NCBI GenBank assembly: GCA_013239625.1
Contig: MU054187.1
Coordinates: 10,375,231 to 10,439,230 of the forward strand
DNA length: 64,000 nucleotides
Origin: Lama guanicoe
Taxonomy: Eukaryota
Reading direction: 5' to 3'
The translations under genes and the position numbers were made by a program. Positions 21,981 to 35,608 of this stretch are shown here, piece after piece. The notes beneath the pieces were generated by a model, which was not told where the DNA came from, made no database searches, and was given only the letters and a program-made list of their open reading frames with translations. Position 1 is the stretch's first letter; every line of letters starts with the position of its first letter.

Positions 21981-24339
21981 GTGAAGTTGAGTGCAAACAG
22001 AATGGGTGGGCTTCTCTAGACTCAATAAAGGAGTCTTTATAAAATCTTCATAGTCTCAAGCCAGAAGGCTATTTATTGCACTTTTAATCTTTGAGTAAAG
22101 GGATGTAGTGATAAGACTTTGAAGTCGAGAATTCTAAATCCACTTTTTTTTTTAACTCTATATCAAAGGCTTTGCTGGAGTTTGGTAAGCTCCTGTCAAC
22201 TTTATACCATATCTGTTCTTTTGGTCTTTTTGAGACACTCACCCTTAAAGCATTCTAAGTGACAGGTGAATAGGCAGGAAAGAAAAGAGAGAGAATAAAT
22301 CAAACAGAATTGTAGATGGCATTAGCAGCTCACGGTTGAGACCCTCTCCTTAGCATATTTTTGAAAGTATGATTATGACAAGTCTTTTTCTATGAATATG
22401 AATCCAAGTGAACATATGACACATTACAGATCAAAATAAAAAAGACACTGAATAAGGACAATGTGGCTCAGATTTCCTGAGGGAAAAAAAAATCCTTCTT
22501 AATCTGAGCTTGGGATTCCCTGCAGCAAACTTTTTATGGTGATCATTAAGAAAAAATTTGCGAAGGAGTAGAAGGCCAGCTTTAGGAAGAAAGGAGGAAA
22601 TAAAGAAATGAATATTTAGAAACTTCTTACAGGGATTTTGAAAAAAAAAAAGGAAATATGAACTAGAGAATGGACAATATTGGTAGCTAATTCCGGTACC
22701 AGGCATAATGCAGCCTGCAGAGTTGGAAGCCCTGCAGGAGAGCCTGACGAGGGCTTGTCTGTCCAGTTCTTTTTGTACAATGAATGCAGGTTAATTCAGC
22801 AATTAAATGAGTTTTGGTCATTATCAAATGTTAAAGTTCCTTCTCTCTCTCTGTGCCTGTGAAAAATAACGTTCATTTTCTAAGACCTTTCTGTTTTCAA
22901 GGCTAATGCCAGAAAATTGAAGTGATTCTGCATGAAGTCCTTAAAGTAGAGTTCAAAAAGCAGAATGCCATTACCATGAATGCTTTTTGAGAAATACTCA
23001 ACCTTGTCCTTAATCTAATAAAGATATTTAAACATGACATATTACTGCTACTGTTGTAAAATGACAGTGTGCAAAAGTAACATACAAACACAAAAAGCAG
23101 CCTAGTTATTCACGGGCTCTGAATCCTGAGGCTCATTCAGTTCAGGAAATTTTACTTCCTATCTGAAATTATCAGGTATGGAGGATGGATGTCATTAGTG
23201 TAGAGAGATAGAGTTTTTAGGTAAAGAGTGTCTTGGTGTATGAAAGTGTCAGAAAGTGGAAAGACTAGGAGACTGAATGCCTGGTATCTACTTATGGTTC
23301 TGTCATCATATATGACCCCTTTATAGTCTAGGGTGATGGGATTGAATGATTGTGGTATACATCGGGGTGGGCTTACTGGAAGGCAATACTTTCTGCTGGG
23401 AACCTCTGACAGGACTGACAAGGACAATCAGTCCAGCACTTTTTTCACTCCATTAGCTCTTCCACCTTCAGTGACTTGGATGTGCAGCAGAACTCACAAC
23501 ACAGCTCCTGTGAACCGCAGTTCCTACCCAGGGTGCAAACCTTCATGCACTTAACACTTGCTGTAAGCAGTGCAGTTTCACCCATGCAGAGTCACGGTGC
23601 TATCCATGCTCTAATAAAGGAAATTGTACAGGCCTGTCTCAGTGAATATTCACATTGACCTCTTATCCCTCCACACAATCCACTGACAGTATTAAAAGGA
23701 AATTTAGAACAGAATTAATTCATGATCGCCCTGAGATGAGAACAATGGAGGATCAGCGACTGAAACCGATTTCTCAAAGATGGAAAGCCAAAAGGATGAT
23801 ATTGAAAGATAAACTAGAGCAGGAGCTAAATTTTAAAGGATTATCAGGAAAGTATCTACAGTTGGGGTAGAAGCCATAGAAAGTCTACAGGCTGAGAGAA
23901 GAGAAGAATTGGTGACTAACTAAAGAGTCACCTAGAGATGTGTTGTCTCTGGATTCGTTTTGAGCTTGGACACTCACCCCCATCCTTTGCCATCATCAGT
24001 GCATTGTGGTGATTGTTTCCAGGACGAAACTGTAACAGTGAGCTCTAAAAATGTCAGCTGATCTGTGTGAAGAACCCTAAAGACTGGAGTATGGGCATGA
24101 GCATTCCAAAGGAAAGCTGTTTTTTTGGTGTTGGTGACGATGGTAGTGAGGGGGTTCTTGCCAAATGACAAGACAGCACCCATTTACATGGAGACTGCAG
24201 TCAGCCATCCCATTCAGTTGAGGGACTTAGTAGGGAAATTAGACTGTGCACATTCAGAGGACATCTATGCCATATGCTTACAGTAGCAACTCAGCTCTTT
24301 ATCTTTGAATGAGAACGGGCAATCAACAATCATGTTTTC

Positions 24340-25260
24340 AAGGATATAAAGGCCCAAAAGGAAAAGAACAATTGACCCTGGAGAAAACAGACAATTCAGG
24401 GATCAGAAGAGAGATTCTTTAAAAGTCTTATTAACATCTTTCAAGAGATTCGAAAAAACATGAATCCACAAAACAAAAATTGGTTGCCATGAAAGAGAAG
24501 TAAAGAAATAGTTTTTGAAATTTAAAAATACAGTTGGTAACCTGGAGGTTAATGTGAACTTCCAAATATAGGAGACAGGTTGAATAAACACAATGGAGGA
24601 CTATGCATCCGGAACAAAGAATGGGATGATCTCTATGAACTGATACAGAATGGTTTCCTGGATATATTGCTGCATAAGAACACCAAAGTGCAAAAGAGCA
24701 GAAGTATATGTATGGAGCATATGTGATATGCTGCTCTAAGGAAGAAGGGGAAATTGTATGTGCATATACACACCAATCTTTGCAAAGGGTTGCACAGGAA
24801 TGATAAACCAGTAAAACAATTAAGTTGGTTGCCTACGATGTTTAATTTAATACAGGCCCCCAGTTGGAAGAGAAATTTTAACTTAGCTCTGCTAATTCTA
24901 TGATTTGGGGGACTATGTACTAATTTTCAAATTGATGATAGTTTCTTCTCATGCAACAATGCTTATTGTACATTAAAAAATGAAAAAAGTAGACTATAAA
25001 TCAGTTTTTATTTTTTAGTTCAGTTTTGTTTTATTTTCAACTTAGGTATAATGCAGATTCAATAAAATTCACCCATTTTGAGAGTACAGATTTATGAGTT
25101 TTGACAAATGATGTAAGCATGTCATAATCAAGACAGGACATTTCCATCATTTTCCCACCTCCAGCCCCAGGCACCCTCTAATATGCTTTTAGATTCATTT
25201 GTTAAGAATTTCGTATAAATAGAATAACATAGAATTTTAAGTTTTGTGTTGGTTTCAATA
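24340..25260. mobile_element. Cluster of old L1M/L1ME fragments in both orientations
   Basis: A-rich ORF1-like text at 24400-24550, 3' UTR-like text at 24600-24850, and an antisense 3' end at 25010-25255 (aaaattcacccattttgagagtacagatttatgagttttgacaaatg). Confidence 0.55.
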
Positions 25261-25419
25261 AATCAGTTTTTAAATGCTCTAATTTCTTACACATGTGTGA
25301 TTTCACGCGCATAAGAGAAAATGTTGATGGTTGTTATCCTTCCATGATGGTATTATGGTAGCAGACGTATGTGATTTGTCTCTCATCATCGTTCTTTCTG
25401 CTTCAAGCATCAGCCCCAG

Positions 25420-25895
25420 TTCTCATTATGGTATCAAGCTCCAATCCTTGCCATCGTTGTGTTCTGGGAGGCAGGCTTCACCTCTGGTTCCCCAAGTCAG
25501 TCAGCACACTGAACCCGTGAGGGTTTCAGGGTGAGGCCCATTCAGAACTAACTCAACTCTGAAGCCTGGTTTCAGCCATCAGGTGTGTAAAGTCTTTCTT
25601 TTCCCACGAGATGTGGACGTGAAGGTAAGGTCATGCTAGAGTAGCTGGAGTACAGCCGTGCTGCCGCCCTGAAGAGGTAGCCCACCTGGGGATGGAGACA
25701 GCCTCCTGGACAGCAGAGGCAGAGATGGTGAGACAGAGATCTGGTCCTGGTAACATCATCTGACACCAATCAACTAGTGCCTGAAGCTATTTCAAGCCCT
25801 GCTCTTTCCATTCTAGGAGCCAAGAGATCCCCTCTTTGCTTAAGCAATTTGAATTGGGTTTTCCTGTCATATGCAGTAGAAAGATTCCAAACACT
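25420..25895 (+). mobile_element. LTR16/LTR33-like ERVL LTR
   Basis: 3' end reads gagccaagagatcccctctttgcttaagcaatttgaattgggttttcctgtcatatgcag. Confidence 0.6.
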
Positions 25896-26601
25896 CAGAA
25901 ATGATGGATGACTTTCTCCTTAATATGTTTCATTTTTTCCATTGTCTATCATGGGCATAATAGCTCTAAATAGAATCTCCTCTCCCCCCAACACAATAAA
26001 TGTTACAGAATGATTTTCCAAACTTGTATTAACAAATCTTTCCCTTTAATTCTGGTGTTGGAGAGTTTAGTTCTTCTCTCTAGGTTGCAGCTGAATTTTA
26101 TTTTGCAGATAAAGAATATATTCCCTTAAAAAGAACTTACTCCTAAATCTTGTTCAAGCTATTTTGGTAACTGACAATACCAAGGATGGTTTTAGAATAA
26201 TCTTCTTATCTCTCTGAAGCTAGTTTGGATTGAAGAAAGCCTCAGTTTTCCTTATCTATCTTCAAGTATTCTAGGCACTATTTATCATCCTATATAGACG
26301 TCCATCCCAGGCTAGGGGAACTTTGACATATATTTTCCTTTTAAGACAACTCTTTTGTAATTAGTTGGTATGCATTTTACTAATATAAGGCCCTAACTTT
26401 ATCATAAATCCTCAGAGAATAATTTTTGTTATTGAATATTTGCTGAGACATAGTCTGAGCTCCTGATCTTCTCAGGTTAAAAATGTACTGAATTTGGGGA
26501 AGTTGAGCATGGCATAAGACGGATGTGAGTGATGGATGGATGTCGTCTTTAAATAATAGGAGCCTGAAGATCTGCATGGAAATCTGGAAAAAATAATGTA
26601 T

Positions 26602-26938
26602 TGCCCTTGTCCTTTCAGGCTGCTATCACAAATCACCATAGACTGGGTGGTTTATAAATAGCAGAATTTATTTGTCACATTTCTGGAAGCTGGGAAGTCC
26701 AAGATCGAGGCACCAGCAGACTCCATGTCTGGTGAGGGTCTGCTTCATAGTTCACACTGGCTGTCTTCTTCCTGTGTCATCACATAGGAGAAGGGGTGAG
26801 AGAGCTTCGTCTCTTTTATAAGGGCTCCACTGTCATGACCTAATCACCTCCCAAAGTCCCACCTCCAGATACCATCACGCTGGGGATTCGGTTTCAGCAT
26901 ATGATCCTGGGGGAGGAGGACACATTCAGTCTGCAGCA
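26602..26938 (-). mobile_element. MLT1A-like MaLR LTR
   Basis: ggctgctatcacaaatcaccatagactgggtggtttataaa...ctggaagctgggaagtccaagatc...catgacctaatcacctcccaaag. Confidence 0.9.
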
Positions 26939-26959
26939 TCCTAGTAGATGGACAAATAA

Positions 26960-28295
26960 TCTTTATTCACGGCAGCTCTTTTTTGCAGAAAAACTCCAGC
27001 GAATGAATGTAGAAGGGAAAAAAGAAATAGAAAATCACCATCTGGTAAATACCATAGTAGGGAATACTGTAGGCAAGATCCAGTGATGGGCATTAAAATT
27101 AGTAGCCAAGATTTTGAGTAAAAACAGAGTATTTGTATAATTTCAAAATATCTTCCCCAGTATATTTATTAACTATAAAGAGGAAAATAGCAACTTCACA
27201 GTCACTTAGTTATTGCTAAGGGATATTCCATTGTATAAATATACCACTTTGGAGAAGTGAGTAGTATACTGAGACATCTTAATCAAATAGTCAAGTTGAC
27301 ATCACCAGGAATTGACGTTGTGTGCCCCTTGACATCATGTACAATATTGACATTAGGTGTATGCCTTTCCCCCTCAGGTTTATTGTCATGTGGTTAACAA
27401 ATAAAAATTGTATATATTTAGGTTGAACAACATGGTTTTTAAAAGGTGTGAAATGTCACATAATAAATATATGCACTGTGAAACATTAGTGACAACACAG
27501 ATGTAACTGAAGGACATTATGCTGTGTCTAGAAGCTAGGCACAGAAAGTCAACTCCTCTGTGGTCTCACTTATACGTGAGAACCCTAAAAACATCCTCAT
27601 AAAAGCAGAATATAGAATGGTAGTTGCCAGGGGCTGGGGGTGGTGGAAATGGTGAGATGTTGGTCAAAGGATACAGACTTTCAGGTATCAGATGAGTAAA
27701 TTCTAGGGACCTAATATACAGCATGGAGATTATAGTTATTAATACTATGTTGTTTACTTGAAGTTTGCTGGGAGTAGATCTTAAGTGTTCTCACCACACA
27801 CACGTACAGAAAAAGCTCACTACGTACCACCTGATAAGATTTACTGAGGAGCAGCATGACCCTGTGGTATTCTTAATAAAGAAGCACAGATTCTATTTCC
27901 ACATGGGAAATCTTCAGTCAGACCCAAACTGAGGGACATTCTACCAAACAACCGATCAATACTCCTAAAAATTTCAAAGTTAGGCAAGATTGGAGAGAAA
28001 GAGGAACTGTCACAGGTTGGAGGAGACTAAGAAAACAGGACAACTAAATGTAACGTGAGATTCAGGACTGGATCCTGGAACAGAGAAAGGATATTTGTGG
28101 AAAAACTGATGAAAATCGAGTAAGATGTATCCTTCAGTTGACAGCATATACCAATGTTAATTTCCTGGTTTTGACCATTGCATTATGGTTATTCACAGTG
28201 TTAACATTAGGGTGAGCTGGGTGAAGATTATGGGAATCTCTATTATTTTTCCATCTTTCTAGAAGTCGAGAATTATTTCAAAATAAGAAGTTACA
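26960..28295 (+). mobile_element. L1MC/L1MD 3' UTR interrupted by a younger inverted L1MA-like insertion
   Basis: cagacccaaactgagggacattctac...tggatcctggaacagagaaagga...ccaatgttaatttcctggttttgaccattg. Confidence 0.8.
27378..27822 (-). mobile_element. L1MA-like insertion with a 5' inversion
   Basis: An antisense L1MA terminus (tttatt...aaataaaaattgtatatatttagg, 27379-27490) abuts a sense segment from just upstream in the L1 3' UTR (27491-27822). Confidence 0.7.
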
Positions 28296-28299
28296 GAAT

Positions 28300-29770
28300 T
28301 ATTCCTAGACTGTCCACTTCTCCATTGCCACTGTCTTTGATCAAGTTGCCAGCACCCTTCATCTGAACTGTGACGAGAGTTCGTTACGCTCTGGCACCTC
28401 TAAATCCATTCTCCACACTATCCCAAGTAGTCTTTTCAAATCATGGATCTCACTTCCATGTTTGAGACTTACTGTTTGCTTCCTCTTACAATCAGACCGA
28501 GATCCAGTCTCTGTCCTGCAATCACTTCCCCTTCCTCCCTAAACTCCAGGTACATGGCATCTCTCTCTCTCTTTTTTAAATGAAATATTTCAGGTATTAA
28601 AAAGGTGCAGAGACCAATTAAAGTGAACATCAGCTCCCCTATTCGCTTTGTGGAATCTTAACTTTCAGCCATCAGGTATGTTGCTTCAAATCATGTTCAA
28701 CAGAAATGAAACATTGGCGCTACAAATAAAAACCCCTGATCTCTGTTCCCGTTTCTTTCTCCGGAGTTATTTTTCTTATGGGTGGAGGGGTGCTTCACAT
28801 GGTCTAGACAATAATTCTTTGTCAGTTACATGCACTGCAAATACTTGTTCCCAGTCTGTGGTTTTGCTCTCTGCCCCTGTTTATAGTATAATTTGTAGTA
28901 CAGACGTTTTACACTTAGTGCAGTTAAATTTTCTGTGTGGTTTGAATTTTTTATGACTTGTTTAAAAAACGCTTTCCAACTTTAAGATCATACAGACATT
29001 TTTTGACATTCTCTCCCAATAACTTAAAAAAAATTTTTTTGTACCATAATGCCTTTGCTGTTGCAATTTCTTATAACATCCACCCCCCTATCTCTGCCTG
29101 GCTGGCTCTTTCTTGCTCAAATGTTACTTCCCGATCAGACCTCTCAATCGAAAAATAACGCCCACACAGCTCTGCTTGCTGCCTCAGATTATCCTGTTTT
29201 ATTTTCTTCACAGCACTGATTACTCTCTGCAATTATCATGTTCGTCTATTTGTTTAGCTGTTTAGTTTATGCTTCCTTTAAACCAGATGTGAGCGCCAAT
29301 GACAGGGGTCTTTATCTCATTCACCATGGTGTCCTGGACTTTTAGAAGAGAATTGTTGCAGGTGGGGTTTTCGGGGAGCAGACACTGAGGCAGAATTTAG
29401 GGTGCAGGCTGATTATCAGAGCAAGCCCTTTGGATGGACCCCTGTGGAAGGGACGAGGCAGAAGCAACACCAAGCAGAGGGAGGAGTTGAGCTGTGACGC
29501 TGGCACTGCTGCCTGGGCTCGCCCAGGAAAAGGACCGGTTGGAATCATCCCAGTGGTGCCAGAGTGGCTGGGGCGTTATAGCCTGCCACCAGCAGTCCTT
29601 GCGGTGACTGACCCAGGGCGAGGGGCTCTGCAGATGAGGCCACCCCTGAAGGGACTGACAGCTGGAGGCAACAAGTCCTTTCTTGCAGGGCCATCTTGGT
29701 GGCCCAGCTGTGTGCCTGGTCACAGGTGCCTGGTGTGTAGTTAGCACCTGACAAATATTTGTTCATTAAG
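28300..29770. mobile_element. L2 remnant interrupted by L1 fragments (about 28570-29030) and LTR40
   Basis: L2 motifs aatccattctccacac and tttattttcttcacagcactgattac, and the L2 end gtgcctggtgtgtagttagcacctgacaaatatttgttcatt. Confidence 0.7.
29354..29724 (-). mobile_element. LTR40-like ERVL LTR
   Basis: tgttgcaggtggggttttcggggagcagacactgaggcagaatttagggtgcagg...gagggaggagttgagctgtgacgc. Confidence 0.75.
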
Positions 29771-32354
29771 CCTTCCCATGTATCCTGCAACTTTTCCTGA
29801 GCATAACGTAGAATTTCTGAGTAAGAGGATTTAAGACATTTCAACATAAGGACTGCTGCAATCCCTTCTAGAAACTTTGTGACAAGTCCCTCTCTAAACC
29901 TTGGTGTGATCATTCCTCCTTCTGGGGTGCCAGTGCCCTTCTTTCTTGGTTAAGCTTAGCCCACAAAGAATATTGTTTATGTTTTTATCGTTTATTTTCC
30001 CACTTTTAAGTATTTCTTAGTAGAAATCTATGTGTTAAAATTTTTATTTGCTTGTTTGTTTTGTAAAAGAAAAAAGATTCTGCCTCTCCAGGGCATTATA
30101 TTCCCTTCTCTGAAGTTTTGCTTTTTTACAACTCCTGAAACAATCCCGACTTCACACTGTCTAAACACATAAAGTCATTTTCGCCTTACTTGTCCTGGTG
30201 GACCCTCAGCTGGCCATCCAGTGACATCTCAGTTATCATTCTGCTTCCTTGAATTCTCCTGCCAAGGGATTTGATGGAGACGCAATGAAAAAGAGGCATC
30301 CAGAATGTGAACAGAACCACACCTGGGTTACTCACAGGAAGACAATGGAAGTCACATCAGGTCACCCTGGAGGTGGATTTCTTTTTTCATTTTACAACTG
30401 TACAGTATATTAGTGTAGGAGGTCACATGGGTGTGCAGGCTGGAACATTTTTAAAGATGGGGTGCATATTCACAAAGCAAGCTGCTGGTTACCTCTGCCA
30501 TTTCTATTCCTTGGTTTGGTGTCATCTAATAATTTTTTATGCTTATTTAATTTAATAATCTTAGCACTATTCACAGAGCGTATGATATCCTCTAAGCTTA
30601 TTCAATGAATATATAAGTGAATGAATGATATTTGGTTATTTTCTGTACCAGAAAACTCATGTCACCATAGCAACACATTCTTTCCCTGAAAGTAGATGTG
30701 TATGGAAAGACATATTCTAAGTAGAAGCTTGCTTGATGAACACAGCATTAGAGCAGGAAAGGCAATGACTAATGTTAATGTCCATGGCTACATTAACTAG
30801 ATTGGGTCATTTCCAGAGTGAGATTCTTGCCACAGGGATAAGGATGATCAGATCCATGGGCTGGTGGGTTGACTTTTAGTCCTTTGGGCTTTCCATCCCT
30901 TCACCATGTAAACTGTTTTCTTTTTTTTTAACCGTAGGTTTGGTGGTTGTTTATAATTTCTGCTTTCAATTCTTAGGCATTTCCCAGTGCAAGAGTGTTT
31001 ATTTTCTTATGGTGCCTTTATAATTTCATTTTGTGATTAAATATTTCACTTACTGACAATTTTGTATGATATGAGGTAGGATCTACAACTTTTTCTATAT
31101 TGTCTTAATAAGTTAATTATTGAGTTATGATGCATGCTCTTAATCTTTTGTACATTTAATGAGCTCCAAAAAGAGCTGAGAAGAATGTCTGGGAAATAAC
31201 TTATTTTGATGAGCCAAGGATAACATCTTATAGAAATGATTGCACCTATTGTTGTGTTTACTGGGATGCTGAGAAAACTGCATCACACCTCCTCTGGCTC
31301 TAATTTGTCTATACGAAGTAGGCACAATTAACTCTGTGATGATGACTTTTTCACTAATTATTTCCATACCAAATTCATGTTAAGCGCAAGTATTCAAGCA
31401 AGTCTAAATGTTTTAAAGCCCAGTTGACTTGCATGAGTTAGAGCTAACTTTCTGCTGTTTATTCAGTTTTCTGATTTGAGTTGTAGCATGAAGTCCCAAG
31501 AATGAAGACCTTATTGTAAGGTTTCCCAGCTTGAGTTTGGTTTGATTAGAAATGGCGCTGAAAATTGGACCACGTGGGAGTATAGAAACATTTCTATCAC
31601 AGAACAAAAGAAGCAGTGGTAAAGGAACATAAAAATAAAGCCACAGAACATCATCCGAATTTTTGAATATCCCCCTCGAGACGTGTTTAGAATGAGATTT
31701 TGGCACGATGTCAGGATACTTTGATATTGAATTTTGAATTGACTTCTTATTCTGATGACGTGAAGAGGGATCATCATTTCAATAAACTTCAATTATGGCT
31801 TTGTGTGCCAGTGAGTCTTCTACCATATTAGGGAAAAAGGAAAATGAATTTCAATTCTGAATCCAGTTGTAAGAAGCAAATTGATACTGATTTTTCCTTT
31901 TCCGATGAATGTGTGAGGACTGTTTAAACATCTACAAAAAGGGTAGATAAAGACTTTATAGAGTTGCAAAGGTATTTAAAATATGTCCTTCAAATATCTT
32001 ACAGCTGATGACGGGAAGGGAAATAAATATCTATCCTTTCTATGTATCTTAATTTTCCAATCTATTTCATATAATATGTGGAATAGATTGATTATAACAT
32101 ATGGAAATTGTAATACTGCATAGAGATTTACTATTTTAAAAAATCTGAAATTTCAGAAAAAAAGCCAAGGTGTAAAATGCTCATTTTTCTAAACAAAGGA
32201 ACAAAATATTCTAGAATGTAAGTTTAGGTTTCATAACATTTACTGTTCTTTTTTCATACAGCAAATAGCATTATTTAGTATTACCAGTAGGCCATGGGTG
32301 CATGTAAATTCTCATCAACAATGTTCGAGAGCTTGTCAAGTATATAGACAAGAG

Positions 32355-33465
32355 TGTTTTGTTTGTTTTTGTTGTGGTAAACATTATATGTGTATAAAAT
32401 ATAAAATTTACCATTTTAACCACTTTTAAGTGTCTCAGTGAAATTAGGCAGATGCACAGTGTTGTACAACCATCACCATCATCCGTTTCAAGAGATCTTT
32501 CATCTTCTCAAAGTAAAACTCTATACCCATTGAACTATAACTCCCCATTTCCCCCCTTTCCCGGTCCTGGTACCCGCTATTTAGTCTCTAAGCATACAAT
32601 ATTAGTCCCTTTTGTGTCAGATTTATTTCACTTAGCAAAATGTGCTCAAGTTTCATCCATGTTGTAGCATGTTTCCCCGTTGAACGGTTTTCGTATCCCA
32701 GAGGATCACCTGAGCATATCTGTGAAGGTTTGTCTCTGGTCCTCTATTGTATTCCATTGATCTGTATGTCTGTTTTATGCCATTAACGTCCTGCTTTGAT
32801 TACTGCAGATTTGTAATGAGTTTTGAATTCAGGAAGTGTGAGACCTCCAATTTTCCTCCCTTTTCTTTAAGATTGTTTCAGCTGGCTATTTAGGCCCCTT
32901 TGAGATTCTGTGTGAATTTTTCTATTTTTGCAATAAATGCCATTGGGATTTTGATAGGGATTACATTAAACCTGTGGATCACTTTGTGTAGTATTGACAG
33001 CTTAAAAATGTTAAGCCTTCTAATCCATGGACATGGCATGTGTTTTCATGTGTTTGTGTCTTTAATTTCTTTCAGCAATGTTTTGTAGTCTTTGTAGTAA
33101 ACAAGTCTTTCACCTTTGTAGTTAAATGTATTCCAAATATTTTTTATAAACTATTTTAAAAATAATAGTATTGTAAATGGAATTGCTTTCTTAACATTCT
33201 TTTTGGGTCATTCATTGTTAGTGTACAGAAACACAACTGATTTTTGTGTGCTGATTTTATTATCTTGCAACTTTGCTGAATTCATTTCTTAGTTCTAACA
33301 AGTTTTTTTCGTGTGTGTGGAATATTTAGGGTTTTCTGCTTATATAAGATCATGTCATCAGTGAACAGAGAAAATTATACTTCTTGCTTTTTGATTTGGA
33401 TGCCTTTTAATTTTTTTCTTGCTTAATTGCTCTCGCTAGGACTTCAAACTCTATGTTGAACTGAA
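32355..33465 (-). mobile_element. L1MB-like fragment (3' end joined to an ORF2 segment)
   Basis: aaaatttaccattttaaccacttttaagtgt...gttgtacaaccatcacca and ttgggattttgatagggattacattaaa...taagatcatgtcatcagtgaacagaga. Confidence 0.9.
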
Positions 33466-33469
33466 TACC

Positions 33470-33806
33470 ATTTCTTTTTTATTATAAAGGCCTGAGGAAA
33501 ATGTGGCCAAAGGAATCAGGAGGCTGAAGAAGAATTTTTAAATACCTACTAAGTGTTATACAGGAAAAGGGTTATGTGAAAGAACAGATTTTCAAAGCTG
33601 GTGAGACTGGCTTGTTTTTCCAGGATGCGGGCAAATGAACCTTTATAACACAAATGGCATTTCAGTTGATGAAAGCATTGTGGCGAGAGGCTTGCAGGAA
33701 CCTAACCTTGCATTTCCCCTAAAAACAATAGTTCAGTGTTCACTAATTTAGTGCTCACAACAAATTCAAAGAATATAACTTCCATGAATAATGAGATAAT
33801 GATTTT
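33470..33806 (+). mobile_element. Tigger/MER46-like (TcMar-pogo) fragment
   Basis: Translates to ...YLLSVIQEKGYVKEQIFKAGETGLFFQ, which matches the pogo DDE motif E.IFNADETGLFW. The 3' end resembles MER46. Confidence 0.75.
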
Positions 33807-35608
33807 GCTTTCCACTATTACTTCTGTATGGACAGAAAAATTCAGTCAAAGGTCTATGTGTTCTCAAATTGTATCTGGATGCTTGGTATCAGACAAAACA
33901 TCTGGTCGACTGCTGAAACTGAAAAGTTTTTCATTGGAGAGTTAGCATTGTTCATAAATAGGCCTCAAGTCAATGATTTGGTCTATGTTTGGGCATAGAT
34001 ATCCTCTGTTTGGTAAAGTGGACCAGATTGATTTGTGCAAAAGCAGATTAGCTGCTGTGTTAAAGGCTTCATAGCTCTGGAAGTGGGAGAAGAACCCCTT
34101 ACCACACCCCACAAAGACACCCCTCCAAAATCCACTGTTAGTAATAGACGACTTCCTTTTTTGAAATACAGATTTCCTCTTTTAAAATGCAAATATGGCT
34201 GAGGTGGTCACAGCACTTGGTCATATAAATACTTGAAAATTATGGAAGAAATGATGTTTATGTGTTTGGGTAAGCTGGATCAGGCTGTGAACAGGGAAAT
34301 GGAATAATTAGACCATGGAGAGGGAAGAGGCAGTTTCAAGGGGTGGCAAAAACTCCTTAAATTAAGTGACACAAAGATCTCCCGAAGCTCTTTGCTTCCC
34401 TATGCAAATGAAAACTTACTTTTTTTCCCCTAAAATGTGTTTTAATTAAACAAGTATGCAAATGGATTCTGGAATTCCTGAGACACACCCCCCTGACAAA
34501 GAGGAGAACTTTTTTCATGATAAAAGACTCAGTACACAAGCTATGAATAAGAAAGATGATCAACATTACTTTTAGGGAAAAAAAAACCACTGATTTTCAC
34601 ATGCTCATTTGGGTCACTTTTTTATATTAAGTATTTTAGTGCTAGCCAATGATTTCCACTTTTTAATGTTCTGTCTTTCATAAATTGATAGTGTGGAGAG
34701 GCGGTGGCTGTGATCACAGCTACCTATCTCCGCTCCAAAGCAAGGAGTCCTGGTCCACTTCAGAACTGTCTGTCAGTCTTGCGCTGGCCTGATGGCAACT
34801 GCTTTTGTTTTGGGAAATGTTGCTGCTTCATTGCCTCACAATAGGATCGCAAAATTCTCCAAGGTCACGTGCAGTGTCCTCTGGAACCAAGTTGAGGAAA
34901 CCCCGTTTCCTGTTAGAATCAGTGGAGCTTCTGGTACAAAAGGTCACTATTGGCTACCACCTCTTGTATGGCTTGGACCTCCCTGAGGGAACTGGGCCAG
35001 GCAGACATGGGTGTGGAGCAGGAATTGGCCTCCTGCTCATTTACTTGGCCTCACACTGATGAATACTGATGACTTACATGTCCCAGATCTTTATCTAATG
35101 GGAGCATGAGGGGTTTTAAAACCCCATACTCCCATCAGCTGCCATGCTACTAATTGAAACTTAACTCACAGACATTGTTCCTACTCTTTCTATGTTGCTT
35201 AGGAAGGATATTTAATAGAAATGTCTGGATAAAGATAACATTTCAACTCACTTGGTTATACTCAGATTTCTGCATCTAACATCGTTTCTTTCAAATCACT
35301 GAGGATGAATGTTCAGAATGACAGTTTCACATCGTATCTCTCAATGTGGTCAGTCCAATCTCAGTGAATAAGTATTAAAACTCCAGAAGACCCAGTCCTC
35401 ATCCACCTCCCCCTATTTTTTTTTTCCTTATCAGCAACCCACTGTTGCCTACAGAGGTAAGCTGGTAATAAACATGTTAGTGTAACCAGCAGGTTTTTTT
35501 GTAGCCAGTGTCATCATCAATTCCCTTAAGTCATGAGTGTCCTGTTACTTCTGATCTTCAAACGTCAGTGATGCTATCACCCATACTGATCATTTGATGT
35601 TCTGCTTA

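Noticed and set aside
22705..22795. ATG-initiated frame MQPAELEALQESLTRACLSSSFCTMNA ending at CAG|GTTAAT
   Set aside because: The donor is weak, I recognise no homologue, and the next acceptor-like site (22901) leads to stops in all frames.
29342..29913. Four overlapping ORFs on both strands
   Set aside because: They coincide with the GC-rich LTR40-like element, where stop codons are scarce. I recognise no protein similarity.
33480..33640. Domesticated pogo/Tigger transposase
   Set aside because: A short fragment with the catalytic Asp replaced (KAGETG instead of NADETG) and flanking stops, so a fossil.
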